The position numbers and the translations under genes were made by a program. Below are positions 1-9,654 of a stretch of 64,000 nucleotides of DNA, one piece after another. The stretch's first letter is position 1, and each line of letters starts with the position of its first letter. The DNA is from Candidatus Magasanikbacteria bacterium RIFCSPHIGHO2_01_FULL_41_23. GTDB taxonomy: Bacteria; Patescibacteriota; Patescibacteriia; Magasanikbacterales; UBA922. The notes beneath the pieces were generated by a model. It did no database searches, was not told where the DNA came from, and worked only from the letters and a program-made list of their open reading frames with translations. The DNA lies in assembly GCA_001782805.1 (NCBI GenBank), contig MFPT01000002.1, positions 69,401 to 133,400 on the forward strand, given 5' to 3'.

Positions 1-1
1 G

Positions 2-193
2 CTCATTGAAAAGGCGGCAGGAATTATTACTGATGAAGGCGGCATCACATCGCACGCCGCGGTGGTTTCACGCGAGTTCGGAATTCCATGTTTAGTTGGA
101 ACTCGTAGGGCTTCAAAAATTATCAAGACGGGAGACGAAATAGAATTAGACGCAAATACAGGGTGTATAAAAATTCTTTCAACACATAATTAA
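2..193 (+). CDS. PEP-utilizing enzyme mobile (phosphohistidine) domain protein, 3' end only
   Basis: Hand translation gives ...AAGIITDEGGITSHAAVVSREFGIPCLVGT..., the PEP-utilizer His motif; stop TAA at 191-193. Confidence 0.9.
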   Translation, partial: LIEKAAGIITDEGGITSHAAVVSREFGIPCLVGTRRASKIIKTGDEIELDANTGCIKILSTHN

Positions 194-225
194 CCTAGAC
201 AAGCCTAACCTAGACGTTTTGCGTT

Positions 226-1644
226 ATGCAAATCAAACACATCCATTTCATCGGCATCTGCGGAGTGGCCATGAGCGCGCTGGCGATTGCGTTTCAAAAA
301 AAAGGATATAGGGTCACGGGTAGTGACGCGGGATTTTATCCGCCGGTTTCAACCATGCTTAAAAAAAACGGTGTAAAATTTTACGCCGGTTGGCATCCGG
401 AAAAAATGCTTGCCCTGAGCGAACGAAGTGAGTCGAAGGGTGATCCGAATTTAGTGATAGTCGGAAATGTGGCCTCATCAACCAATCCCGAATGGCTGGC
501 CGTGCAAGCAAAAAAAATTCCGTATCAATCATACCCAGAAGCCATTGCTGAATTTTTGGTTAAAAAAAATTCCATTGTCTGCGTCGGAACCTATGGCAAA
601 ACCACAACCAGCGCTTTGCTCGCTTGGATTTTTAGCCAATTAAATTTGTCACCAAGTTATATGTTCGGCGGTCTGGCGAATGGAAATTTTCCTTCTGCTC
701 AACTAGCCGACAGTGACTGGAGTATTGTGGAAGGCGATGAATACAAAAGCGCGCGCTGGGACAATGAACCAAAGTTCACGCATTACAAACCCACGCATCT
801 TTTATTGACGGCGTTATCTTGGGATCATCTGGATGTATATCCAACCGAAAAATCTTATTTTAAAATTTTTAATACTTTGGTTTCCCAATTGCCAAAATCC
901 GGTTTACTGCTGGCTTGCACTGATACCGAATCAGTAAAAAATATAATTAAGGAATCCTCAAGTCGTGTCATAACTTATGGTAAAAATTCCGACGCAGAAT
1001 ATCAGTATCATTCGGTCACGCAAAATAAAGATGGTCTGGCATTTTCCATTAAATATAAGGATGCAAATTTTTATATTTCCTGTCCCCTGCTTGGTTTGTA
1101 TCAAGCGGAAAATATTACGGGCGCGTTTGCGCTGGCCAATGAATTATTGGCTGAATCAAAAAAGATTAAGGAAACGATTGCGACTTTTCCCGGATTAAAG
1201 CGCCGTTTGGAAAAAAGATTGAGCGGAAAAATTACCGTAATTGACGACATTGCCCATTCTCCAGCCAAAGCGCAATCGGTTTTACAAAATTTGCGCAAAA
1301 TTTATTCCGGAAAAATTATCGCGGTTTTTGAACCAAATACGGGCAATCGCCAGACGGAATCTTTGGTATTATACAAAAACGCGTTTGACCAAGCCGACAC
1401 AGTTATAATCCCGCGTCTAACTAAAATTAAAACCAGTGTTGAAACAGTGACTCCGCCTGTGGACGGCGAAGCACTTGCCCAAGCAATCAAAACCACACAA
1501 CCAAATGTTTTGTATATTGATGATGATGCGAAATTGGTTAAACATTTTATTGAAATTGCAACCGACGACGATGTGATCGTATTTTTGGGATCGCACGGCT
1601 TTCGCGGCATGATTGAAGAATTAATTTCAAAATTAAAAATTTGA
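226..1644 (+). CDS. Mur ligase family protein (MurC/Mpl-like)
   Basis: IHFIGICGVAMS Rossmann motif, GTYGKTTT P-loop, VEGDEY, DHLD, GLKRRLE, DDIAHSP. Confidence 0.9.
   Translation: MQIKHIHFIGICGVAMSALAIAFQKKGYRVTGSDAGFYPPVSTMLKKNGVKFYAGWHPEKMLALSERSESKGDPNLVIVGNVASSTNPEWLAVQAKKIPYQSYPEAIAEFLVKKNSIVCVGTYGKTTTSALLAWIFSQLNLSPSYMFGGLANGNFPSAQLADSDWSIVEGDEYKSARWDNEPKFTHYKPTHLLLTALSWDHLDVYPTEKSYFKIFNTLVSQLPKSGLLLACTDTESVKNIIKESSSRVITYGKNSDAEYQYHSVTQNKDGLAFSIKYKDANFYISCPLLGLYQAENITGAFALANELLAESKKIKETIATFPGLKRRLEKRLSGKITVIDDIAHSPAKAQSVLQNLRKIYSGKIIAVFEPNTGNRQTESLVLYKNAFDQADTVIIPRLTKIKTSVETVTPPVDGEALAQAIKTTQPNVLYIDDDAKLVKHFIEIATDDDVIVFLGSHGFRGMIEELISKLKI
409..441 (-). repeat. 33-nt variant of palindromic micro-element, in frame inside the Mur ligase (LALSERSESKG)
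   Basis: Reverse complement ACCCTTCGACTCACTTCGTTCGCTCAGGGCAAG, close to the intergenic copy at 57789. Confidence 0.85.
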
Positions 1645-1669
1645 CATACCTATTTTGGTTTGATATAAT
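1641..1669 (+). promoter_or_regulatory. sigma70 promoter for dinD
   Basis: TTGACA-17 nt-TATAAT perfect consensus with extended TG. Confidence 0.85.
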
Positions 1670-1751
1670 TTAATCATTAATTACTTCTTCGCCAACAAAA
1701 GGAGGCAAAGAATTAAAATTTTGAGAATTTTTTTATTCTTATATTTTAGTT

Positions 1752-2594
1752 ATGGAAAAAGATATTATTATCCGGCTACATAAAAATTTTGAAGAATGTG
1801 CGCACCGAGACGGCGATGTGGAATTTTGGTATGCGCGAGAGTTACAAGTTTTGTTAGGTTATGACAAATGGCAAAACTTTGAAACCGTAATTGAGAAAGC
1901 TAAAGCTGGCTGCACAAAGGCAAAACAACTCATAGACGATCATTTTGCTGACGTCAGTAAAACGATCCATATGCCCAAAGGTGCTAGCAAAGAAATACCA
2001 GACACCAAACTCACCCGCTACGCCTGTTACCTAATTGCCCAAAACGGCGATCCGCGCAAAGAAGAAATTGCCTTTGCAATGACTTATTTCGCAGTTCAAA
2101 CTCGCAAACAGGAAATCTTGGAAAAACGCTTAGCTGAATGGGAGCGCATCCAATCAAGAGAAAAATTAACTTTGTCAGAACGAGAATTGTCAGGTATACT
2201 TTTTGAACGTGGTGTTGATAATCAGGGATTCGCACGTATCCGCAGTCAAGGTGACAGCGCGCTTTTTGGTGGAAATACTACCAATGACATGAAGAAAAAA
2301 CTAAATGTACCGGACAAACGAGCTTTGGCTGATTTTTTACCCGATATTACTATTCAGGCCAAAGATTTGGCTACAAAAATAACGAACCACAATGTAAAGA
2401 AAGACGAATTTTTTGAAGGTGAGACCAAAATTGACAATGAGCATGTAAAAAATAATCGCAATATGCGCGACATGCTAATCAAAAACGGGATTTATCCTGA
2501 ATCGCTTCCGGCTGACGAAGATATAAAAAAGCTGGAGCGCCGGGTAAATTCAGAAGATAAAAAATTGCCCAAACAAATACAGAAATTAAAATAA
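1752..2594 (+). CDS. dinD: DNA damage-inducible protein D (BRO-N domain)
   Basis: FWYARELQVLLGY..W.NF, LTRYACYLIAQNGDPRKEEIAFA..YFAVQTRKQE. Confidence 0.9.
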   Translation: MEKDIIIRLHKNFEECAHRDGDVEFWYARELQVLLGYDKWQNFETVIEKAKAGCTKAKQLIDDHFADVSKTIHMPKGASKEIPDTKLTRYACYLIAQNGDPRKEEIAFAMTYFAVQTRKQEILEKRLAEWERIQSREKLTLSERELSGILFERGVDNQGFARIRSQGDSALFGGNTTNDMKKKLNVPDKRALADFLPDITIQAKDLATKITNHNVKKDEFFEGETKIDNEHVKNNRNMRDMLIKNGIYPESLPADEDIKKLERRVNSEDKKLPKQIQKLK

Positions 2595-2601
2595 ATTTTT
2601 T

Positions 2602-3159
2602 ATGAAAATTCCCGAACAGGCAAAATGTGTTTTTAAAGGAAAAATTTTTGATACGTATCAATGGGAGCAAACAATGTTTGATGGCTCAACTGAAACATTT
2701 GAAATGTTGAAACGCGCCACAGCCATAGAAATTATTCCCGTAAAAGATAATAAAATTTTTTATGCTGATCAGGAACAGCCGTCCAAGGGCAGATTTTTTT
2801 CACTTTTTGGCGGCCGAGTGGAAGATGGGGAAAATTGGTTAAGCGCGGCCAAACGAGAATTGCGCGAAGAAGCGGGTATGGAATCCGATGATTGGGAATT
2901 ATTAACCGTATTTGAGCCGTATACAAAAATTGATTGGGAAATCCCATTATATGTCGCGCGCAATGCGCATTTCATTGGCGCGCAAAATCTGGATGCCGGA
3001 GAAAAAATTACTGTTAAGGAATGTTTATTTGAAGAATTGCCTGATATTCTTACAGACAAAAAATTCCGCGGAAATGAGTTTGCTTTTAATTTTCTCAAAA
3101 TGAAATTTCTTGAACCGGCAAAATTTGAAGAATTCAAAAAAAAATTGGGTCTTAATTAA
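2602..3159 (+). CDS. NUDIX hydrolase
   Basis: Nudix box GGRVEDGENWLSAAKRELREEAG. Confidence 0.9.
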   Translation: MKIPEQAKCVFKGKIFDTYQWEQTMFDGSTETFEMLKRATAIEIIPVKDNKIFYADQEQPSKGRFFSLFGGRVEDGENWLSAAKRELREEAGMESDDWELLTVFEPYTKIDWEIPLYVARNAHFIGAQNLDAGEKITVKECLFEELPDILTDKKFRGNEFAFNFLKMKFLEPAKFEEFKKKLGLN

Positions 3160-3196
3160 TTTATTTTTACTCATTTTGCATAATACGGCATTCTGT

Positions 3197-3361
3197 TTAT
3201 TTTCCCTCATCCACAATTTCCGCCGTAACTTCGTCACCGGAAATATTTTCAATTCCCAACGTAATTCCGCAATCTTGACATTCAATGATGTCAGCCGGCG
3301 CCAAATTGGGATAGCGCGTGAGATTCACCTGATTTTTGCATTCTGGACAAATTAGCTTCAT
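3197..3361 (-). CDS. small zinc-ribbon protein, LysW-like
   Basis: MKLICPECK...IIECQDCGITL...EIVDEGK; two CxxC motifs and an acidic tail. Confidence 0.7.
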   Translation of the reverse strand: MKLICPECKNQVNLTRYPNLAPADIIECQDCGITLGIENISGDEVTAEIVDEGK

Positions 3362-3400
3362 ACTGTTATTATTATAAATTACTGCGTATTTATACGATAT

Positions 3401-4573
3401 ATGAAATCCCAAAAAATATCAAGCGGGTTTATCCTCGGCGCCATACTCTTAAACTTGGTTTTGGGATTGCCGACAAAAGCCACTGATTGCCCGCTGACTG
3501 CGCAAACCGCGTATAAAACCAAATTGTCATCGGCAGTTTATTATATAACCAGACAATGCACCAAACGCGTTTTTCTGAATGAAACAACCTATTTTGCGTA
3601 TTTTTCTTTGTGGAATCAAGTTAAAATTGTAAACGATACAGCGCTCGCCAATATTCCCGATGACGCACGCGGTCCAATGCGTCTAAAAACTGATGCGCCT
3701 GTTTTAACCGTTCCGACTAATCAACCAAAATCAGAGGAAAAGGAAGTGAAAACACCAAGAATACTGGAAACAAAACCAATACCAATTGTAAAATCAGACG
3801 CAGAAAACAAAATTTCAACTGAAACCAAAAATCCACATCCCGCGGTCACTGTCCCCACAAAAATAAATATAATTACTGAATTTTTGAATTGTCCAACCGA
3901 GGCTGAACGCGCTAAGAGTGAAAATGATTTTGTAATCAATTGGAATAATGATTGGAACTCATATCCATTTTCTTGTGAATATAAAAATACCAAAGCTACT
4001 CACTTGCCGTTGTATGGAACACTCAGACTCTTAAAAAATATTTCATTTACCAAACCATTGCCGTTTACTTCCGAAATCGGACTCTATGAATACCTAACGG
4101 CCACAAAACTATCACTGACACCACGGCAAAATTGCGCGGATTATTCCACTGGTTGGAATTATACAATTAATTTGGGCGGAACATTCGCGCACACGCATGC
4201 GGTAAAATCCGGATCAGCGAATTGCGAGCCAAGTACAGGAAGCGGAGCCGATCTGCTGGACGGATTTGTCTATAATCCAATTTACAAAGCCGCGACATTT
4301 GTGCATGAAGCCCATCATGCGATCAATGCCAGCACACACACGGGCAAAAACGGCGAAGATAAAGATATTAATGAAAACAGTGCTTGGGCAGCGCAATTTT
4401 ATTTTTACGCGTGGATCAATTTGTACGGCGAAAATGTTGACGCGACAACCAAACTATTGGCCAAAAACGCGGCCGCGGACATTTTGAATAATCGATTTTC
4501 GGAAAATAAATGTCCGACTGACGCGGATTTGAAAAATGTTGTCAATACGATTGTGCCAAATATTTGTAAATAA
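3401..4573 (+). CDS. secreted protein with HExxH motif (putative metallopeptidase)
   Basis: N-terminal signal peptide, P/T/K-rich linker, FVHEAHH followed by a downstream E. Confidence 0.65.
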   Translation: MKSQKISSGFILGAILLNLVLGLPTKATDCPLTAQTAYKTKLSSAVYYITRQCTKRVFLNETTYFAYFSLWNQVKIVNDTALANIPDDARGPMRLKTDAPVLTVPTNQPKSEEKEVKTPRILETKPIPIVKSDAENKISTETKNPHPAVTVPTKINIITEFLNCPTEAERAKSENDFVINWNNDWNSYPFSCEYKNTKATHLPLYGTLRLLKNISFTKPLPFTSEIGLYEYLTATKLSLTPRQNCADYSTGWNYTINLGGTFAHTHAVKSGSANCEPSTGSGADLLDGFVYNPIYKAATFVHEAHHAINASTHTGKNGEDKDINENSAWAAQFYFYAWINLYGENVDATTKLLAKNAAADILNNRFSENKCPTDADLKNVVNTIVPNICK

Positions 4574-4578
4574 ATATT

Positions 4579-5529
4579 ATGAAAACTCCACAAGAAAATA
4601 TTCCCGCGTTAGCCGAATCGCTTGGCCTAAAAGAATTATGGTTTAAACGCGAGGATCTTCATCATTTTGGTTCCCACAAAGGCCGTTCTATTCCTGTTAT
4701 GATGGATCACTATATTCATAAAGAAGGCAAACTAAATTTTGTCATTTCCTCATCGGGAAACGCGGCTTTGTCCGCGACATTGTATACGCGTGATCATAAT
4801 AAAAATAACCCAGATAAAAAAATAAAATTACAAATTTTTGTCGGCACGCGTGTTAATAATGCAAAACTAGCACGACTACAATCTTTGACAAACGAATCAA
4901 TTTCAATAACGCAGACTGCCAAACCAAAACAAGCCGCGTTTGCGATGGAAAAAAATGGTTCTACACATTCGGCAAGCTCAGTGCAAGCAGGCTCACCACA
5001 AGCTGGTTTTATTTTTCTACGCCAATCAACTGATAATCTGGCTTTGTTAGGCTATTATGAATTGGCCAAAGAATTGGATCACATCCCAAACTTAAAAGCG
5101 ATTTTTATTCCGACTTCTTCCGGCACAACCGCGCAAGCGCTGGCCGAATCATTCCAAAATTTAACGCAAAAACCGGAAATCCATATTGTGCAAACTACCG
5201 CTGTTCACCCGATTGCTGATAGTTTTCAAAATCCGCTTTGCCCGACTTTTGCCGAAACTAATAACGCGCCAAACACTTCAACCGCCAGCGCGATTGTTGA
5301 TCGTGTTGCGCACCGAAAATTTGCCGTTGTGGACGCAGTTCTTAAATCAGGTGGCACCGGCTGGATTGTGAATGACGATGAAATTCTCATAGCCATTGAT
5401 CTGGTAAAAAAAATCAGTGGAATTGAAATTTCTCCAAATAGCGCGCTCTCAGTCGCTGGCCTTACGCTCGCCATTCAAAACGGTAAAAAGTGGGATGGCG
5501 TTGTGGTATGTTTGATTACAGGAATGTAA
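4579..5529 (+). CDS. PLP-dependent fold-type II enzyme (threonine synthase-like)
   Basis: LWFKREDLHHFGSHKGR (PLP lysine), SSSGNAA, PTSSGTT, terminal LITG. Confidence 0.8.
   Translation: MKTPQENIPALAESLGLKELWFKREDLHHFGSHKGRSIPVMMDHYIHKEGKLNFVISSSGNAALSATLYTRDHNKNNPDKKIKLQIFVGTRVNNAKLARLQSLTNESISITQTAKPKQAAFAMEKNGSTHSASSVQAGSPQAGFIFLRQSTDNLALLGYYELAKELDHIPNLKAIFIPTSSGTTAQALAESFQNLTQKPEIHIVQTTAVHPIADSFQNPLCPTFAETNNAPNTSTASAIVDRVAHRKFAVVDAVLKSGGTGWIVNDDEILIAIDLVKKISGIEISPNSALSVAGLTLAIQNGKKWDGVVVCLITGM
4955..5002 (+). repeat. two nested 24-nt micro-elements in frame (GSTHSASSVQAGSPQ)
   Basis: ATGGTTCTA[CACATTCGGCAAGCTCAGTGCAAG]CAGGCTCACCACAAG. Confidence 0.8.
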
Positions 5530-5559
5530 AGTCAGATTAATTGTTTGTCACTAAAAAAA

Positions 5560-5775
5560 TTATTTATTTTTTATTCTCCATAAATCCCAAACTGCAGAAA
5601 TTACAAAAATAATTTGTAAAATAATAAAAATAAGATCCCCAATATAAATACTGTACGCTTCCAGTGCGAGCCCACCAAAAATATATAACGTATCCTGTTT
5701 TTTTCTCTCTTTAAAAATAATCCCAAGGGAAATAAGTAATAATCCAAACGCGCCGATTAATTTCATTATTTCCAT
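5560..5775 (-). CDS. small 3-TM membrane protein
   Basis: Hydrophobic 71-aa ORF immediately downstream of the transporter gene. Confidence 0.7.
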   Translation of the reverse strand: MEIMKLIGAFGLLLISLGIIFKERKKQDTLYIFGGLALEAYSIYIGDLIFIILQIIFVISAVWDLWRIKNK

Positions 5776-5776
5776 A

Positions 5777-7153
5777 TTAAAATAAATTTTTAAGTACAAT
5801 AAAACTAAATCCGCCGAAAAAAATAAAAATAACTCCCAAAATAATTCGGCGCCACAATGTTGGTTGAAATGCTCTCGGTAAAGTCCGATAATTTAACCAC
5901 GAAACCAAACCAATATGCACAAACATAGCCACCGCGTTCAGCACTGCTCCGGCCACGATTAATTTTTTAGGTTCGTGAATCCCGAACGCAAACAAAACAC
6001 AACCAAAAACTATTTGCGACCACAAAAAAGTCGCGTAAATCTTGGATAAATTTTTGGCATGCGAAACCCCGGTACGCAACGCCCAATTTTCCGCCATAAT
6101 TCGCGACGTGGAATCCATTACTCCCAGTTGAGTTTGGAACAACATAATTCCAGCCGCAATTAAAAACAATGTTCCCACAATGGGAAAAGTAATTGTCCCC
6201 AAAACGCGCGCTTCATTAATCACAAACATTATTCCTTGAGCGTTATTGGGCGATCCATACGCGGTGGCGTATGACAAAAGCATAAGCAAAAGCATGGCCA
6301 ATGTGCCCATTCCCCAAAAAACCAGCGCGTGCTCAGCGTTGACAAGCTTCCACCACAAACCAAATCGCTGACGATTCTCGGCAGTATCAGTCGCGGCCAC
6401 TCCGTCCAATTGAATTGGTTCACTCGCTCCCCGATGAAATAAACCGGCAATTTTTTGCGCGAACGCGCCCATGCCATAACCTTTTTCTTTAATATAAATT
6501 GATTGCGTTAAATTTAAATTTCCGCCCGCGCCAGAATAGGCGAACGCGCCTAAAAAAGTCGCCAGAATAATTCCTTCGGGCAGCCAATTATACCCATTGC
6601 CGCGGCCGATAATTCCTAAAGCCAACGCACTCCAATCAGTTTTGGTACTGACCCAAATCGCCAAAAATAAAATAAACGGCACACCAACCATAATTACGGT
6701 TTTAGTAATACGCTCCATCAATCCATACACTGTTTTGCCCAGACTTAAAATTAAACCGATACAGACCAAAAATACCGCGGCCAAAATTTTATAATCAGTC
6801 CAGCCGGCGGCGCTGGCCAAAAGTTGTGCCGAGGCCGCGATAATTCCGGGCAAACCAAAACCGAGAAAAGTGGAAAATATAAACCACAACGGTAAAATAC
6901 GAGATTGTTTGGCCAATCCTACAAAAACACTTTCACCCCGCACCAAAGCATAGCGTTCAATTTCCAGATTAATAAAAAATTGACAAGTAATTCCCAAAAC
7001 CGCTCCCCACGCAATTCCCAAACCATAATTCGCCACCAAATACGGCCACAAAATAACTTCGCCCGATCCCAATCCCAACGCTAAAATAATAAAACTGGGA
7101 CCAATCATTTTTTTTAAAGGAATCGGTTGGGGAAATTCAGTGGGATTGGACAT
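5777..7153 (-). CDS. NRAMP-related/APC-fold transporter
   Basis: About 11 TM segments; IGPSFIILALGLGSGEVILWP, EIERY...GES. Confidence 0.75.
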   Translation of the reverse strand: MSNPTEFPQPIPLKKMIGPSFIILALGLGSGEVILWPYLVANYGLGIAWGAVLGITCQFFINLEIERYALVRGESVFVGLAKQSRILPLWFIFSTFLGFGLPGIIAASAQLLASAAGWTDYKILAAVFLVCIGLILSLGKTVYGLMERITKTVIMVGVPFILFLAIWVSTKTDWSALALGIIGRGNGYNWLPEGIILATFLGAFAYSGAGGNLNLTQSIYIKEKGYGMGAFAQKIAGLFHRGASEPIQLDGVAATDTAENRQRFGLWWKLVNAEHALVFWGMGTLAMLLLMLLSYATAYGSPNNAQGIMFVINEARVLGTITFPIVGTLFLIAAGIMLFQTQLGVMDSTSRIMAENWALRTGVSHAKNLSKIYATFLWSQIVFGCVLFAFGIHEPKKLIVAGAVLNAVAMFVHIGLVSWLNYRTLPRAFQPTLWRRIILGVIFIFFGGFSFIVLKNLF

Positions 7154-7231
7154 ATTTAAATTTATTCTAATGCCTAAGTATAGTGCACGAATTAATTAAA
7201 AGCAAACTACAATTAATTTATTTTTATATAT

Positions 7232-7945
7232 TTAAAGTTTACTTATGATACTAATAATATTTCCACCCTCCTCAATCCCCACTCGCGCGCCTTTTTTACT
7301 ATAGTATTGATCTTCAATTTTAAATCCAACCGCATTAAATAAATTCATTAATTCCGGAATCGTAAAACCGTGGTAATATCGCTCACCCAAAATCTGACCC
7401 TCTGAATTTTTCCACGGAACCATGATGTCAATTCCAATGGAATTTTTTATATCAGGCAAAATTTTCCAGCAATGCTTTTTTATATTTTCTTGCGCACTCC
7501 GAGAATGCAGATTCCAATTAGTCATAAATAGATGCCCGCCTAATTTTAAAACGCGCCGCATTTCCTGCAAACACTGAATCTGCAAATCTTCTCCCGGAAT
7601 ATGATTAAACGCGGCAATACAAAAAATATCATCAAACATTTCCGCGGAAAAATTAAGCGCGGACATTTCACCCACGACAAATTCCGCGTCTGGATATTTT
7701 TTTTTGGCCAGAGTAATTAATTCTTCGCTTTGATCAACACCGACATATTCCACTTGTTTTTTAGCGAGCATCTGATATAATCTACCATTCCCGCAACCAA
7801 GGTCTAACACGGTGTCGCTCGGTTTGGTATAATCAACCAGCGCAATAACATCAGCCCAATTATACTCGCGCGTTGCAGAAAAATGCTCGGCAATACGATT
7901 GTAAACAACGCGATTGTGTTTAATTAAATCAGTGGAATCCGACAT
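7232..7945 (-). CDS. class I SAM methyltransferase, Trm9/ALKBH8-like
   Basis: VYNRIAEHFSATR..W, LDLGCGNGR, CIAAFNHI, DIMVPW...RYYHGF motifs resemble Trm9. Confidence 0.75.
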   Translation of the reverse strand: MSDSTDLIKHNRVVYNRIAEHFSATREYNWADVIALVDYTKPSDTVLDLGCGNGRLYQMLAKKQVEYVGVDQSEELITLAKKKYPDAEFVVGEMSALNFSAEMFDDIFCIAAFNHIPGEDLQIQCLQEMRRVLKLGGHLFMTNWNLHSRSAQENIKKHCWKILPDIKNSIGIDIMVPWKNSEGQILGERYYHGFTIPELMNLFNAVGFKIEDQYYSKKGARVGIEEGGNIISIISKL

Positions 7946-7947
7946 AC

Positions 7948-9654
7948 ATGAAAAATTCAATTGAAATTATTTTGCAATCAATTCTCGCGGCTCGGCTCAA
8001 AACCAAGAGCCAGTTTGACGACGCGCGCCGCATCGCGGCCAATGGTTTGAAAGTGCGTCAGCCCGGCAATCGCGCGCTCCTCGTATGCTACCAAAATTAT
8101 CTTAAAAAAACCAGAGAGAAAGCCGATCAAACATTATTACAATTAATTCGCAAAGCCAGTGTGCGCAGTCAATCCGGCATTGCGGTCGTGACTTCGCTCG
8201 TCAAACCATATATGTGTCCTGGTAAATGCGTGTATTGTCCCACGGAAGCGCGTATGCCCAAAAGTTATATTGCCACCGAACCGGCCGCGGCACGAGCGCT
8301 CGCGCTGAATTTTAATCCGTATGAGCTGATGCGCCAACGGATTATTATGCTCCAAGAAAACGGCCATCCGACAGATAAAATTGAATATATTATAAAAGGC
8401 GGCACCTGGAACGCCTATACTCTTGGTTACCAGTATTGGTATATTTTGGAATCTTTTAAAGCGTGCAATGAAATGAACAAAAATTCAAAACGTAAAAATA
8501 AAAAACCCAAACAAAAAATAAAAACAAAAAAACTTTCTGAACATTCGTCACTTAAAGATTTGCAAAATGCGCTGGCAATTGAGCAAAAGAAAAATGAAAC
8601 TGCGCAACATCGGATTATCGGTCTAACTTTGGAAACGCGTCCGGATGCGATTTCACCCAAAACAATTTGGCACATGCGCCAACAAGGCTGTACGCGCATT
8701 GAATTGGGATTACAAACTCCGGACGATAAAATTTTAGCACTAATCAAACGCGGACACACGGTTCAACAATTTCGTGATGCCATGTTTTTATTACGTCAGG
8801 CGGGATTCAAAGTTGATTTGCATTATATGCCGGATTTGCCCGGCACTACGCCCGATCATGATGTGGAAATGTACAAAGAAATTTTTGCTGATTCGGGTTT
8901 ACGACCCGACATGGTCAAGATTTATCCCAACACGGTTATCAAAAGCGCGGAATTATACCAATGGTTTCTGGATGGCCGTTATGTTCCCTATGGCGACACG
9001 CCGGCCATGACTGACGCGTTAATAAAAATGAAATTGGCCACGCCACGTTATTGTCGTATTTCGCGTTTGATTCGTGATATTCCGGCCACGGAAATTGAAG
9101 GCGGAAATAGAGTCACCAATCTGCGTGAATTGTTGGAAAAAAAAATCCATGACCAAGGAAAATTATGCGTGTGTTTGCGCTGTCGGGAAATTTCGCGACA
9201 AATTAAAAATTTACCAAAAAATACCAGACCGCGACTTTTTATTGATAGGTATGAAACGATTGGCGGCACAGAATATTTTTTAAGTTTTGAAGATAAAAAA
9301 CGCGTGGCGGTTTTTGGATTTCTGCGTTTAAGAATTCCCAAAAAAATAACAAATAATTCATATCAAATAAAAAATAATACTAAACAATTAGACGAGGTTT
9401 TACCCGTTACCAAAGATACGGCGTTTATTCGTGAACTCCATGTCTACGGCCAAATGGTGGAAATTGGCAAGCAAACCAAAAATGCCAGTCAACACACTGG
9501 TCTGGGCAAAAAATTAATGATCGCGGCGGAAAAAATTGCGCGGCAAAATAATTTTAAAAAAATAACTGTAATTTCCGGTGTTGGTGTGCGCGATTATTAC
9601 CGACATTTGGGATATCGATTAAAGGATACATATTTGACGAAAAGTTTAAAATAA
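7948..9654 (+). CDS. elp3: tRNA uridine(34) acetyltransferase Elp3 (radical SAM + GNAT)
   Basis: CPGKCVYCP, PKSY...EPA, LETRPD, RISRLIRDIP, CLRCRE, IRELHVYG, QHTGLGK, ISGVGVRDYY. Confidence 0.93.
   Translation: MKNSIEIILQSILAARLKTKSQFDDARRIAANGLKVRQPGNRALLVCYQNYLKKTREKADQTLLQLIRKASVRSQSGIAVVTSLVKPYMCPGKCVYCPTEARMPKSYIATEPAAARALALNFNPYELMRQRIIMLQENGHPTDKIEYIIKGGTWNAYTLGYQYWYILESFKACNEMNKNSKRKNKKPKQKIKTKKLSEHSSLKDLQNALAIEQKKNETAQHRIIGLTLETRPDAISPKTIWHMRQQGCTRIELGLQTPDDKILALIKRGHTVQQFRDAMFLLRQAGFKVDLHYMPDLPGTTPDHDVEMYKEIFADSGLRPDMVKIYPNTVIKSAELYQWFLDGRYVPYGDTPAMTDALIKMKLATPRYCRISRLIRDIPATEIEGGNRVTNLRELLEKKIHDQGKLCVCLRCREISRQIKNLPKNTRPRLFIDRYETIGGTEYFLSFEDKKRVAVFGFLRLRIPKKITNNSYQIKNNTKQLDEVLPVTKDTAFIRELHVYGQMVEIGKQTKNASQHTGLGKKLMIAAEKIARQNNFKKITVISGVGVRDYYRHLGYRLKDTYLTKSLK

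Noticed and set aside
191-215. TAACCTAGAC direct repeat
   Set aside because: Only two 10-nt copies; likely a local duplication with no further support.
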